From Bacteroidales bacterium (GTDB taxonomy: Bacteria > Bacteroidota > Bacteroidia > Bacteroidales > UBA3824), in NCBI GenBank assembly GCA_017394445.1, contig JAFPYT010000246.1, forward strand, positions 1-53,815: a DNA stretch of 53,815 nt. The letters are read 5' to 3'. Positions 1 to 10,234 of this stretch are shown piece by piece (position 1 is the first letter of the stretch; each line of letters starts with the position of its first letter). The translations under genes were made by a program, and so were the position numbers. The notes under the pieces were generated by a model. It was not told the DNA's origin. It ran no database searches and saw only the letters and a list, made by a program, of their open reading frames with translations.

Positions 1-261
1 ATCAACAACACTGTGGTTTATAACCTTTCTAAACAAAAAATGACCGAAAACACCGCTCTTTTTGCTTCCAACGGCAAGGGTCTTACAATTTCTTACTCTG
101 ATTATAAAGATTTTACCTATCATAATTTGCCCTCAAAAGTATCTTTCAATGGTGTTGGAACCGACTTTACTGCCGTTTTCACCTATCAAAAAGTTACATT
201 TGGTAAAAAGATGACCGTTAATTTTTCTATCCCAAACAATTATAAACCCTTTGAATTTTAA
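1..261 (+). CDS. C-terminal part of a DUF4292-like lipoprotein (truncated by window edge)
   Basis: Frame is open from base 1. It ends ...VNFSIPNNYKPFEF, the typical DUF4292 C-terminus, and sits directly upstream of the envC-like gene, the usual Bacteroidota order. Confidence 0.6.
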   Translation: MNNTVVYNLSKQKMTENTALFASNGKGLTISYSDYKDFTYHNLPSKVSFNGVGTDFTAVFTYQKVTFGKKMTVNFSIPNNYKPFEF

Positions 262-1403
262 TGAAAAAGTTTTTAGTAATATTGTTTTTGAGTGTAGTAG
301 GAGAGGGGCTTACGGCTCAGACTTCTATTTATCAGCAGAGTGCCTTTTTGGATTCGCTGATTGCTAATGCTGATAAAGCCAATTTTGATATAGTTTCGCA
401 TATCAGCATTCTCGATACTCAGTTAGAAACAAAAGAAATTTTGGCAAAAAAACTCAAATCTGACATTGTGCAGTTAGATAAAGAGATTTACAATTATCAA
501 ATTTATCACGAGCGACTAAATACGCAATTGGAATACGAGAAGAAAAAATATTCCGAACTGATTGTTCAAGCGGATAAAATCAAAAATTCTATGTATCAGA
601 ATTTCGACCTTTTCTCGTTTGATAATCTTTATAAGTCCTTTCGTCAGTTCCTTTTCATAAAGAACCTCAGCGACTATCGTGCAAAAAAGATTAAACGTAT
701 CAAAGACATCAAAAACGAGATTGCCAACGTAACCGTCTCGCTCGACGAATCTAAAAACAAACGTTCTATACTTGCCGAGCGTCTTGGTGTAGAGCAGTCT
801 TTTATTACAAAATATAAGAATAATCGTCGTGATATAATTGCTCAGTTCAAAGCAGAACTATCAAATAAAGCGCAAGAGAACGCCCAACCTAAGGTAGTTC
901 AAGGTGATATTTACCGTCCCGATTCGGTATCTTTGGCAAAAGCAAGTAAACCCGCCGACACTCACAATAATGTGTCTGAGCAGGATGCATTCCTCTTTGA
1001 AGTTCAAAAAGGTTATCTCGAATGGCCTGTTAAAAATTCGGTTATTATTTCATCTTTTGGTGAGAAAAAGCACCCTGTTTACGATAAAATCACTATTCGC
1101 AACGATGGTATAAACTTCCTTGTTCCGGCTTTTTCCGAAGTTAATGTGGTTTACGATGGCGAAGTTTCCAAGATTGTTTCTTTACCTACCAATCAATTTG
1201 CCATAATTATTAAACACGGAACATACTTTACCGTATATTCCGGACTTGATCATATCAAAGTAGAATCTGGCGACGCCGTTCAAAAAGGCGATATTATCGG
1301 TAATTTTGAGAATTACGAAAACAAACTTATTCTCAATTTTCAGATTTGGCAAGGCACCAACAAAATTAATCCTTATCATTGGTTGAAGCAGAATAAGAAA
1401 TGA
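261..1403 (+). CDS. envC: EnvC-like murein hydrolase activator (coiled coil plus degenerate M23/LytM domain)
   Basis: Signal peptide, long coiled coil, C-terminal KGYLEWPV...FG...NDGINF...IIIKHGTYFTVYSGL...V..GD.IG. The M23 zinc-ligand histidines are absent. Confidence 0.75.
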   Translation: MKKFLVILFLSVVGEGLTAQTSIYQQSAFLDSLIANADKANFDIVSHISILDTQLETKEILAKKLKSDIVQLDKEIYNYQIYHERLNTQLEYEKKKYSELIVQADKIKNSMYQNFDLFSFDNLYKSFRQFLFIKNLSDYRAKKIKRIKDIKNEIANVTVSLDESKNKRSILAERLGVEQSFITKYKNNRRDIIAQFKAELSNKAQENAQPKVVQGDIYRPDSVSLAKASKPADTHNNVSEQDAFLFEVQKGYLEWPVKNSVIISSFGEKKHPVYDKITIRNDGINFLVPAFSEVNVVYDGEVSKIVSLPTNQFAIIIKHGTYFTVYSGLDHIKVESGDAVQKGDIIGNFENYENKLILNFQIWQGTNKINPYHWLKQNKK

Positions 1404-4400
1404 AATCGGAATTTCCAATCATAGAGCAAAAGTTAGATAACTTCATACGTAAGTTCTACACCAACAAGTTGGTGTTGGGCTTGCTGTTTTTTGTGGTTTT
1501 CGGCGTTGTGGCTTTCACCGTTTCATCGTTTGCCGAGTCGTTTCTCTATCTTTCGCCCTTGGTTAAAACCTTCCTATTTTACTCTTTTATCTTTATTCTC
1601 TTTTCGGATTTTGTATTCTTTATCTTATTTCCGCTTTTAAAAATCTTCAAAATCCTTCCCGTAATTTCGTACGAAGATGCATCGTCGATTATTTCAAACT
1701 ATTTTCCTGAGTCAAAAGATACACTTTTGAATCTTATACAATTGCACTATCAGCAACCCGAAAGCGATTCTGAACTTCTACTTGCGGCAGTTAATCAGAA
1801 GTTTGGAATAATCTCTCCGCTTAATTTTTCGTCGGCAATTAATTATAAATCTACACTTCGTTATCTTACTGTTTCACTCCTTCTGATACTTGTTTTCTCT
1901 ATATTTGCCACCACAAATTTCGATAGGTTTAAACGTGGGGCATCGCAGTTTCTCAACTATTCTGCGGCTTACGAACCCGAAAATCCTTACATTTTTACAA
2001 TCTTAAACGATTCCCTCACCATTGGACGAGGTGAAGATTTCACTTTACGTGGCTCAATCGACGGCCCATCTATTCCAAATGATATTTTCGTCAATTTCTC
2101 TGGAAACTCTTACCGTATGAATGTAGATTCTTTTGGTTTTTATTCATACACTTTGCGCAATGTGTCGTCGCCAATTAACCTTAATTTTTCGTATTTGCAA
2201 TATAAAACCGAGGATTATCTTCTCAATGTTTTCGATAAACCCTCTTTAAACGGTTTTAATGTTCGCATTATTCCGCCCGCTTATACCAATCTTAACTCGA
2301 CAGATTTTGATAATACCGGTGATTTGGTTGTTCCACGTGGAGCACAAATTATTTGGAATTTTGATGTTCTGAATGTTTCCACATTGAATTTCTTTACAGA
2401 TTCCGTATTGACAGATACTATTTCAGTGGCTCAAAATCAGGTTTCAGTAAAGAAAACAGCCCTCAAAGATTTTTCTTATCACTATTCTGTCCGCTCTGAA
2501 AATGGTCTTGATTCTACATTTTCGCCTTATAATGTAACTGTTGTTCCCGATGTTTATCCTTCAATTGAGGTTGTCAGTAGTCCAGATTCTTCATCTCTGA
2601 ATGCGATGTTTTTCTCTGGACATATCTCCGATGATTACGGTTTTCACTCCCTTCACTTTATTTATTATGATAAATCTAAACCCAAAAATCCACATTCCGA
2701 AACTATCGAGATTGTGCCTTCTTCCATCAATCAGGATTTCTTTTTCTACTTCGACTTTTCTAAGTTTAATTCTACTGTTAATTACTATTTTGAAGTAAAA
2801 GACAACGATGCTGTTTCGGGATTTAAATCTACCAAGACTGTTTTGAGTAGTTACAACCTCCTCACTGCCGACGAAAAAGAGCAGCGTCTTTCTGACCTTA
2901 ATAATTCTCTTTACGATAAAATAGACCAATCGCAAAACCTTCTTCACGATATAACTAAGGATTTAGAAGATTTTCAAAAATCCGTTTCGGGTAATAACAA
3001 TCTCTCTGATTACGAAAAACAGTTAAAAATCGACAATCTTGTAGAAAAGCAAACCAAACTCGAAGACCTTTTGAAGCAGATTTCTGACGATAATTTCAAG
3101 AAAGATTTGTTTCAAAACCAATCGCAAGAGCTCTCCGAAAAGCAAAAACAAATGCAAAATCTGTGGAATGAACTCCTCAACGATGATGTTAAAAAACTTC
3201 TCGAACAAATCAACCAACTTAAAGATGCCATCAGCGAACGTAATTTCCGCGACCGTATTGATGACCTCAAATTCGATTTTAATCAGATTTCTGAGCAACT
3301 CGACCGTAATAATGAACTCTTAAAATACTTCTCTACCGAGAAAAAACTTAACGACCTTTCACAGGATTTGGAAAAATTATCCAAAGAATATGATAAATTT
3401 TCACGTGAAACATTAACTCCTGATTCAAAAAATAATGATAATAAATCTAAAAAGAATGAGTCAGATAATGATAAAAATTATCAAAAAGGTTCTGATAAAA
3501 ATAATTCAGATAATTTGAATAGCGATAGTAAAGATTCTGAAAAATCCAACGATGATTCTCTTTCGCCAGAAGATTTTAAGGAAAAATTCGATGCTTTGAA
3601 ACAAAAATATGATGAATTAATGAAGCAGAATGCTGAATTAGACAATCTGAAACTTAATATCGACTCTTTGTTCGATAAGTTTGATGAAATTTCTAAGCAA
3701 CTTGATAAGCAGTCAGACCAGTTTGATAATTTGCAAAATCAGAACGATAAATCTCAATCTGATAAAAATAAGAGCGATAATAATAATTCAAAAAGCGATA
3801 AATCAGACTCTCAAAATACCGATAACCGTATGAATGATAATCTAAATACCGGTAATCAAGATAATAATAACTCTGACCAATATAATCAAAACCCTGATAA
3901 TCAGTCACAATCACCTCAGCAACAACGTCAAAACCTTCAACACCAGATGCAAAAGACCGCTGAGGATATGCAACAACTTGCAGAGCAGATGAATGGTCAG
4001 CAAAAAGGTCAGCAAAATAAGAAACAGGCTGAAAATCTTAATGATGTTCGTCAGATTTTGGATAATCTGGTGAATATTTCATTCTCGCAAGAGTCCTTAA
4101 TTAATTATACCAAGACCACCCAAACCAATGCAGCATATTACCAAGATTTAAAAAAACGTCAACTTTCGGTACGCAACGATTTTGCCCTTGTACGTGATTC
4201 TATCTATGCACTCGCCAAACGAGAACCAGAACTTGGTCATTCAGTTTATTCTAAGATTGATGAAATTAACTCTTCAATTACTCAATCTCTTTCTTTTATT
4301 TCTGACAATAATAAATCGCGCAGTGCTATTCAGCAGCAAATTATCCTTACTAATGTAAATGATTTAGCGCTAATTTTTGCCGAAATAGAGCAAAATATGC

Positions 4401-4993
4401 AACAACAAATGCAAAGCGGACAGCAAGGAAATGATTCCGAAGAACCCGTAGAATCTCGTAATAAGAAACGTGCTCAACAGCGTCAACAACAAATGCAGCA
4501 AGCCAAGCAGAATCAGCAAAATCTAATTCGAACCCTTCAACAGATGGTTCAGCAGATGAAAGAGGGTAATAAGCCGTCTTCACAGCAGATGGCTCAATCG
4601 TTACGTATGCAAGAGTTGTTGCAGCAGTATCTGCAAGAGTTACAGCAGGGTTCTTCTACAAATCCTCAAACTAAGCAACTATACGACCAAATGCAGCAAC
4701 TTATAGAGCAAAATAAACGTGATATTATTAATCGTAATATCACCGATTATCTTTTAAACCGCGAAAATCAGGTTTTTAAGAAACTACTCGATTTAGAAAA
4801 CGCAGAAAATCAACAAGAGTTCGACGAGGAGCGCGAATCCCGCTCTGGTAATAATTTCATCAACAAAACCTCTGAGCCTAATTTTCCGTTAAACAAACAG
4901 CAGGGCAGTAAAGAGTTTATTTTTAGAAACTATTTAGATATCGACCTCTTTTACCTTAATAAATATAATAACTATATGCAAAAAATTAAATGA
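1400..4993 (+). CDS. DUF4175-family membrane protein with long coiled-coil and low-complexity C-terminus
   Basis: N-terminal KLDNFIRKFYTNKL plus 3 TM helices, Ig-like beta domains, SDDYG motif, N/D/S/K- and Q-rich coiled coils. Confidence 0.7.
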   Translation: MKSEFPIIEQKLDNFIRKFYTNKLVLGLLFFVVFGVVAFTVSSFAESFLYLSPLVKTFLFYSFIFILFSDFVFFILFPLLKIFKILPVISYEDASSIISNYFPESKDTLLNLIQLHYQQPESDSELLLAAVNQKFGIISPLNFSSAINYKSTLRYLTVSLLLILVFSIFATTNFDRFKRGASQFLNYSAAYEPENPYIFTILNDSLTIGRGEDFTLRGSIDGPSIPNDIFVNFSGNSYRMNVDSFGFYSYTLRNVSSPINLNFSYLQYKTEDYLLNVFDKPSLNGFNVRIIPPAYTNLNSTDFDNTGDLVVPRGAQIIWNFDVLNVSTLNFFTDSVLTDTISVAQNQVSVKKTALKDFSYHYSVRSENGLDSTFSPYNVTVVPDVYPSIEVVSSPDSSSLNAMFFSGHISDDYGFHSLHFIYYDKSKPKNPHSETIEIVPSSINQDFFFYFDFSKFNSTVNYYFEVKDNDAVSGFKSTKTVLSSYNLLTADEKEQRLSDLNNSLYDKIDQSQNLLHDITKDLEDFQKSVSGNNNLSDYEKQLKIDNLVEKQTKLEDLLKQISDDNFKKDLFQNQSQELSEKQKQMQNLWNELLNDDVKKLLEQINQLKDAISERNFRDRIDDLKFDFNQISEQLDRNNELLKYFSTEKKLNDLSQDLEKLSKEYDKFSRETLTPDSKNNDNKSKKNESDNDKNYQKGSDKNNSDNLNSDSKDSEKSNDDSLSPEDFKEKFDALKQKYDELMKQNAELDNLKLNIDSLFDKFDEISKQLDKQSDQFDNLQNQNDKSQSDKNKSDNNNSKSDKSDSQNTDNRMNDNLNTGNQDNNNSDQYNQNPDNQSQSPQQQRQNLQHQMQKTAEDMQQLAEQMNGQQKGQQNKKQAENLNDVRQILDNLVNISFSQESLINYTKTTQTNAAYYQDLKKRQLSVRNDFALVRDSIYALAKREPELGHSVYSKIDEINSSITQSLSFISDNNKSRSAIQQQIILTNVNDLALIFAEIEQNMQQQMQSGQQGNDSEEPVESRNKKRAQQRQQQMQQAKQNQQNLIRTLQQMVQQMKEGNKPSSQQMAQSLRMQELLQQYLQELQQGSSTNPQTKQLYDQMQQLIEQNKRDIINRNITDYLLNRENQVFKKLLDLENAENQQEFDEERESRSGNNFINKTSEPNFPLNKQQGSKEFIFRNYLDIDLFYLNKYNNYMQKIK
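2329..2344. promoter_or_regulatory. parS: parS-like site TGTTCCACGTGGAGCA
   Basis: 15/16 match to the palindromic parS variant TGTTCCACGTGGAACA; lies inside the DUF4175 CDS. Confidence 0.6.
3397..3412. promoter_or_regulatory. parS: parS-like site ATTTTCACGTGAAACA
   Basis: 14/16 match to TGTTTCACGTGAAACA; encodes FSRET. Confidence 0.7.
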
Positions 4994-5000
4994 CTATAAT

Positions 5001-5396
5001 ATGAAAAACTCCATTTCGTTCAGTTCCACTATGGATAACATCTCATTGGTGGAGAATTTTATCGATACTTTCAGTGCAAAGTACGATGTTAATGCCGACC
5101 TTTACGGCAATATTTCTATTGCTACCATCGAGGCTGTTACCAATGCCATTACTCACGGCAACAAAGAGATTTCCTCTAAAATGGTAAATCTTTCATTTGA
5201 GTTAGATGATAATCTTCTCACCGTTACAGTTTCCGACCAAGGTGAAGGATTCGATTATAATTATCTTCCCGACCCAACTGCAAAGGAGAATATCGAAAAA
5301 ACAAATGGTCGTGGTATTTTCTTAATTCGCCAACTTTCCGACGGATTAGAATTTTTTAATAATGGCTCTGAACTCGTAATTAAGTTTAAATTATAA
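5001..5396 (+). CDS. RsbW-like anti-sigma factor / Ser-Thr kinase (HATPase_c)
   Basis: EAVTNAITHGN (N box), VSDQGEGFD (G1) and GRGIFLIRQLSD (G2). Confidence 0.85.
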   Translation: MKNSISFSSTMDNISLVENFIDTFSAKYDVNADLYGNISIATIEAVTNAITHGNKEISSKMVNLSFELDDNLLTVTVSDQGEGFDYNYLPDPTAKENIEKTNGRGIFLIRQLSDGLEFFNNGSELVIKFKL

Positions 5397-5818
5397 TGGC
5401 AATTTCTTTTCAATTTGAGGATGCTAATTTTGAATTTTCTGACCCTAAAAAAGTAGAAAATTGGATTATTAAAACCATAGAAACTGAAAATTGTTTCACG
5501 GGAAACGTAACTTATATCTTTTGTTCAGATGACTATCTCTTAGATGTTAATAGAAAATATCTTAATCACGACTATTTTACTGATGTAATTACATTTGATT
5601 ATGCTAAAAATCGTAAGATTTCAGGTGATATTTTTATTAGTATTGATAGGATAACTGAAAACTCAAAAATCTTTAATGTTTCACGTGAAAATGAACTTCT
5701 CAGAGTTATGATTCACGGTGTTTTGCATCTGATTGGTTACGATGATCAAACCGACGAACAAGAGGAAGAAATTCATAAGAAAGAGGATTTTTATTTGAAT
5801 ATATATAATAGTTTGTAA
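5396..5818 (+). CDS. ybeY: rRNA maturation endoribonuclease YbeY
   Basis: HDYFTDVITF, GDIFIS, and HGVLHLIGYDD zinc motif. Confidence 0.95.
   Translation: MAISFQFEDANFEFSDPKKVENWIIKTIETENCFTGNVTYIFCSDDYLLDVNRKYLNHDYFTDVITFDYAKNRKISGDIFISIDRITENSKIFNVSRENELLRVMIHGVLHLIGYDDQTDEQEEEIHKKEDFYLNIYNSL
5492..5507. promoter_or_regulatory. parS: parS-like site TGTTTCACGGGAAACG
   Basis: 14/16 match to parS consensus; inside ybeY. Confidence 0.55.
5677..5692. promoter_or_regulatory. parS: parS-like site TGTTTCACGTGAAAAT
   Basis: 14/16 match; encodes VSRE inside ybeY. Confidence 0.7.
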
Positions 5819-5820
5819 TT

Positions 5821-7680
5821 GTGAATATAATTGATGAATATGATATTATAGTAGTGGGAGCGGGTCACGCAGGCTGTGAAGCCGCTGCGGCAGCCGCCAA
5901 TCTTGGGGTTAAAACGCTCTTGATTACTATGGATATGACCAAATTTGCACAAATGTCGTGCAATCCTGCTATTGGAGGTATAGCAAAGGGTCAAATTGTG
6001 AGAGAAATCGATGCTTTGGGCGGTTTAACTGGCATTGTTACCGATATGACTTCGATTCAATTTCGTATGTTGAACAAAAGCAAGGGTCCCGCTATGTGGA
6101 GCCCTCGTTCGCAATGCGATAGGTCGCAATTTTCACTCGTTTGGCGTCAACAATTAGAAAAGATTCCAAATCTATATTTTTGGCAGGATACTGTTAAATC
6201 TATAATTGTGGAAAATGGAACGGCTGTGGGTGTTGAAACTGTTTTTGGAGTTCAGTTTCGTTGTTCAAAAGTTGTGCTAACCGCAGGTACATTTCTTAAT
6301 GGTTTGATGCACGTTGGTGACCGAAGTTATAAAGGGGGTAGGATAGGAGAGATTTCTGCTGATACCCTTTCAGGATACCTTTTAAAAGAGGGCGTTGAGG
6401 TTTCAAGAATGAAAACCGGCACTCCTGCGCGTATTGATGGACGCACAATTGATTTCTCAAAAATGCAAGAACAAAAGGGCGATGACGACATCGTTGGTTT
6501 CTCTTTTCTCAACCACGATTTGAGTAAATTGCCTCAAATGAGTTGCTTTATTTCTTATACAAATCCGCAAGTTCACGACGAATTACGCAAAGGTTTCGAC
6601 CGTTCGCCGCTTTTTAATGGAACAATTAAGAGCATCGGACCGCGTTATTGTCCTTCTGTGGAGACTAAAATTGTAACTTTTGCTGATAAGGATTCTCATC
6701 CTGTTTTCCTTGAACCTGAGGGAAATAATACCTGTGAGTATTATCTCAATGGTTTTTCTTCATCGTTACCTTTTGAAGTTCAATACGCCGCAATCCGCCT
6801 TATTCCGGGACTTGAAAATTGTAAGATTTTCCGTCCGGGATATGCCATTGAATACGACTATTTTGACCCAACACAATTGCACCATACATTGGAATCAAAA
6901 GTAGTTAAAAACGTATATTTTGCCGGTCAGGTTAATGGCACAACGGGTTACGAAGAGGCTGCTTGCCAAGGACTCATCGCTGGAATTAATGCAGCCTTAT
7001 CGTTTCACGGGAAACCTGATTTTACGCTCACTCGTAGCGATGCTTATATCGGCGTTTTGATTGATGATTTGGTAACAAAAGGCGTCGACGAACCATACAG
7101 AATGTTCACATCTCGTTCAGAATTTCGTATACTTCTTCGTCAGGATAATGCCGACGAACGTCTTACTGAGAAGTCGCACGAAATTGGTTTGGCTTCAAAT
7201 CATCGTTACGAAACTTTTAAGAATAAGCAAAAACACGTTGAAGAGATCCTTCAATTCTGTGAAACTTATTCGTGCAGTATGAATAAGATAAATCCTTATA
7301 TCGAGAGAAAAGGAGGCAAACCATTGACTCAGGGAAATAAGTTAGTAAACATTGTTTTGCGTCCCGAAGTTTCCTTAACTGAGTTGACTGAGTTTTTGCC
7401 GTTCCTTTCAAAATATTCGAAAATTGAACTTGAATCTGCTGAAATCAAACTTAAATATCAAGGTTATATTGATCGTGAAAATAATTTGGCCGACAAGTTG
7501 TTGCGTCTCGATTATGTAACGATTCCAGATGGCTTTGACTTCTCAAAATTCAAGAGCATTTCCACCGAGGCTCGACAGAAATTGCAACGCATACAACCTA
7601 CTTCGATAGGACAGGCGTCGCGCATTCCCGGTGTAAGTCCCGCCGATATTAATACGATTTTGGTTGCCTTAGGAAGATAA
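5821..7680 (+). CDS. mnmG: tRNA uridine-5-carboxymethylaminomethyl(34) synthesis enzyme MnmG (GidA)
   Basis: GAGHAGCEAA, MSCNPAIGG, SKGPAMW, GPRYCPS, GQVNGTTGYEEAA, EPYRMFTSR and RIPGVSPAD motifs; GTG start. Confidence 0.98.
   Translation: MNIIDEYDIIVVGAGHAGCEAAAAAANLGVKTLLITMDMTKFAQMSCNPAIGGIAKGQIVREIDALGGLTGIVTDMTSIQFRMLNKSKGPAMWSPRSQCDRSQFSLVWRQQLEKIPNLYFWQDTVKSIIVENGTAVGVETVFGVQFRCSKVVLTAGTFLNGLMHVGDRSYKGGRIGEISADTLSGYLLKEGVEVSRMKTGTPARIDGRTIDFSKMQEQKGDDDIVGFSFLNHDLSKLPQMSCFISYTNPQVHDELRKGFDRSPLFNGTIKSIGPRYCPSVETKIVTFADKDSHPVFLEPEGNNTCEYYLNGFSSSLPFEVQYAAIRLIPGLENCKIFRPGYAIEYDYFDPTQLHHTLESKVVKNVYFAGQVNGTTGYEEAACQGLIAGINAALSFHGKPDFTLTRSDAYIGVLIDDLVTKGVDEPYRMFTSRSEFRILLRQDNADERLTEKSHEIGLASNHRYETFKNKQKHVEEILQFCETYSCSMNKINPYIERKGGKPLTQGNKLVNIVLRPEVSLTELTEFLPFLSKYSKIELESAEIKLKYQGYIDRENNLADKLLRLDYVTIPDGFDFSKFKSISTEARQKLQRIQPTSIGQASRIPGVSPADINTILVALGR
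7001..7016. promoter_or_regulatory. parS: weak parS-like site CGTTTCACGGGAAACC
   Basis: 13/16 match; inside mnmG. Confidence 0.4.
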
Positions 7681-7696
7681 TGTTTCACGTGAAATT
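7681..7696. promoter_or_regulatory. parS: parS-like site TGTTTCACGTGAAATT
   Basis: 14/16 match; intergenic, starting on the base after the mnmG stop codon. Confidence 0.75.
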
Positions 7697-7707
7697 ATCG
7701 CAATTTT

Positions 7708-9543
7708 ATGGAAGAACATTCGTTGGAGTACAAAGTAAAGTCCTTGCCGCTGAGTCCTGGTGTTTATAATTTTTTGGACAAGGATGGCAAGGTTATTTAT
7801 GTTGGTAAGGCAAAGAATCTTCGCAATCGCGTATCTTCCTATTTCCGCGAAAAGAATCAAGTAGGCAAAACTGCAATACTTGTTAAGCATATTCACGACC
7901 TTTTGCATATCGTTGTTGATACCGAACAGGATGCCCTTTTACTCGAAAATAAATTGATTAAAAAGTTTCAGCCGCGATATAATATTCTTCTAAAAGACGA
8001 TAAAACATATCCTTGGATTTGCATTAGTAATGAGGATTTCCCCAGAATTTTTTTCACCCGAAGAAAAGTTGACGATGGTTCACTATATTTTGGTCCGTAC
8101 ACTTCGGTGAATGCTATGAAGAATGTTTTGGATATGTTTCGGCGTGCATTTAAACTTCGAACTTGCAAGACCAATATTTTGCTCGAAAATGTTGAAAAAG
8201 GCAAATACGATGTCTGCCTCGATTATCATATCAAAAACTGTTGCGCACCTTGTATAGGCGATGTTTCTAAGGAAACTTACGCCGGTTATATCGATCAAAT
8301 TAAAAAAATTCTCAACGGCAAGACCTACGAAGTTATCAATTATTTGAAAAAACAGATGGCGGAACTTGCCGCTCAATTGCGTTTTGAAGAGGCACAGGAA
8401 ATAAAAGAGCGTTATGATGTTTTGATTTTGTATCACGCCAAAAATATTATTTCGCTCGATTTGCCGCAAACTGTTGAGGTTTATTCAATGATTAAAGATG
8501 GTGCTGGCGAATATCTCTACGTCAATTTTATGAAATTGTCCAATGGTTTTATTATTCGCTCTGTTACTCGTGAATTTAAAATTCGTATGGACGACGATGA
8601 TAAAGATATATTTGCTACTGCGGTAACGGATTTTCATTTCTCTGAATTGAATATCGGAAATAACGCTGTGGAAATTATTCTTCCATTTGAACTTGACTTT
8701 GAACTAAGTAATGTTAAAATAACTATTCCCAAATTAGGCGATAAAAAGACCGTTTTAGAATGGTCTGTAAATAATTGTCGCAAGTATATGGACGAACAGC
8801 AGCGCCAACGTTCGCTTGTAGACCCTGACGCGAGTGTGCGCAATATTATGCGTACTATGATGAACGACTTGCAGTTAGACGAAGAACCTCGGCATATTGA
8901 GTGCTTCGATAACTCTAACATTCAAGGCACTTTGCCTGTATCGTCGTGCGTGGTGTTTAAGGATGGAAAACCCTCGAAAAAAGATTATCGCCTATTCAAT
9001 GTAAAAACAGTGGTGGGAGCCGACGACTTTGCAACGATGAGAGAAGTGATTTTTCGGCGTTACAAGCGACTTTATGACGAAGGTGATGATTTACCTCAGT
9101 TGATAGTAATTGATGGTGGAAAAGGTCAATTACGGTGCGCATACGAAACTTTGTGCGAACTCCACTTAGAGGATAGGATTCCAGTAATCGGCATTGCTAA
9201 GCGATTAGAGGAGATTTTTTACCCGAATGACCCAATTCCACTATACCTGGATAAAAAATCCGTTACGCTTAAAATTATACAGCATTTACGCGATGAAGCG
9301 CACCGTTTCGGTATCACTTTTCACCGAAACAAAAGATCGAAGGCGATGATTCACTCGGTTCTTCAAGATATCCCTGGCATCGGCGATGTTTCGCTTCAAA
9401 AATTGATAAAAAAATTTGGTTCGGTGGACAAAATTTCAGAAGCGTCGGTTGCGGAGTTGTCCGAAGTGCTGGATTTGAAAAAATCGCAGGCTGTCTTCGC
9501 ATTTTTTCACAGTTCGTTGGCAAAAGGCGAAATTTTAGATTGA
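7708..9543 (+). CDS. uvrC: excinuclease ABC subunit C
   Basis: GIY-YIG (PGVY...IYVGKAKNLRNRVSSYF), UVR domain, IECFDNS, DGGKGQL, RDEAHRF and HhH (IPGIG). Confidence 0.98.
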   Translation: MEEHSLEYKVKSLPLSPGVYNFLDKDGKVIYVGKAKNLRNRVSSYFREKNQVGKTAILVKHIHDLLHIVVDTEQDALLLENKLIKKFQPRYNILLKDDKTYPWICISNEDFPRIFFTRRKVDDGSLYFGPYTSVNAMKNVLDMFRRAFKLRTCKTNILLENVEKGKYDVCLDYHIKNCCAPCIGDVSKETYAGYIDQIKKILNGKTYEVINYLKKQMAELAAQLRFEEAQEIKERYDVLILYHAKNIISLDLPQTVEVYSMIKDGAGEYLYVNFMKLSNGFIIRSVTREFKIRMDDDDKDIFATAVTDFHFSELNIGNNAVEIILPFELDFELSNVKITIPKLGDKKTVLEWSVNNCRKYMDEQQRQRSLVDPDASVRNIMRTMMNDLQLDEEPRHIECFDNSNIQGTLPVSSCVVFKDGKPSKKDYRLFNVKTVVGADDFATMREVIFRRYKRLYDEGDDLPQLIVIDGGKGQLRCAYETLCELHLEDRIPVIGIAKRLEEIFYPNDPIPLYLDKKSVTLKIIQHLRDEAHRFGITFHRNKRSKAMIHSVLQDIPGIGDVSLQKLIKKFGSVDKISEASVAELSEVLDLKKSQAVFAFFHSSLAKGEILD

Positions 9544-9718
9544 TAAATAAGTTGCTCAATATTAGATTTTTACAACCTTTATTTAAAGATTTATATCCAA
9601 TATCCTTTCCACGGATTTTTCTTTCCTTTACATCGGTACGGCTCATTCAAAGGATTTTGAGTTATTGGGCAGATTACATTTCTTTTAGTTTAGAAATTAT
9701 AAATGGGTCTGCTACCCC

Positions 9719-9750
9719 AAAAAAAAAGACCGACTAACACAGCCGGTCTT
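9719..9750 (-). terminator. intrinsic terminator after the siaC-like gene
   Basis: Minus strand reads AAGACCGGCT-loop-AGTCGGTCTT (one G-U pair) followed by a T run. Confidence 0.75.
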
Positions 9751-9795
9751 ACTACTCAAAAATCAAACGTACAAGGAAAAACAAAAAATTATATC

Positions 9796-10185
9796 TTAGT
9801 TGAAGACAACGGAGTATCCAATCATTTTAAAGGGAACTCTAATAAGTTCAGAATATTCGTTGCCTGTCTGTTCCATATCTTCATCGTCGTCGGGGTAATA
9901 CCAATTGATTACCACGTTGTTGCCCTCTTTGTACAGAGTTTCTAATTTGTTGAATATTTCGAGAAGTATCTTAGAAGATGCTGTGTTGAAATATTCGAGT
10001 TTGAGGTTAACCTCAGTGCTTTCGCAGGGGGTTAGTTTATATTCGTCTAACCAATCCATTACAGGCTGATAAAACGCTGTAACGTCAGATGGAAAAGATT
10101 TTCCTGCAAATTCCATCACGCCAGTGTTTGGATTAAGGTCGATTGATGGTGTGTCTAATGCCGCTTCTATTTGGTAGTGTGTCAT
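9796..10185 (-). CDS. SiaC / DUF1987 family phospho-switch protein
   Basis: TPSI...G.SFP...FYQPVMDWL...LEYFNTASSK...INWYY..DDEDM..G.EY, including the conserved NT phosphoacceptor motif. Confidence 0.88.
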   Translation of the reverse strand: MTHYQIEAALDTPSIDLNPNTGVMEFAGKSFPSDVTAFYQPVMDWLDEYKLTPCESTEVNLKLEYFNTASSKILLEIFNKLETLYKEGNNVVINWYYPDDDEDMEQTGNEYSELIRVPFKMIGYSVVFN

Positions 10186-10234
10186 ATTTGTCTTTTCTTA
10201 ATTTTTTGTTTTGTTGTATGTACATCTTACAAAA

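Noticed and set aside
9540-9945. Small plus-strand ORFs after uvrC (65 and 80 aa)
   Set aside because: They have no motifs and overlap a terminator and the siaC-like gene, so they are likely spurious.
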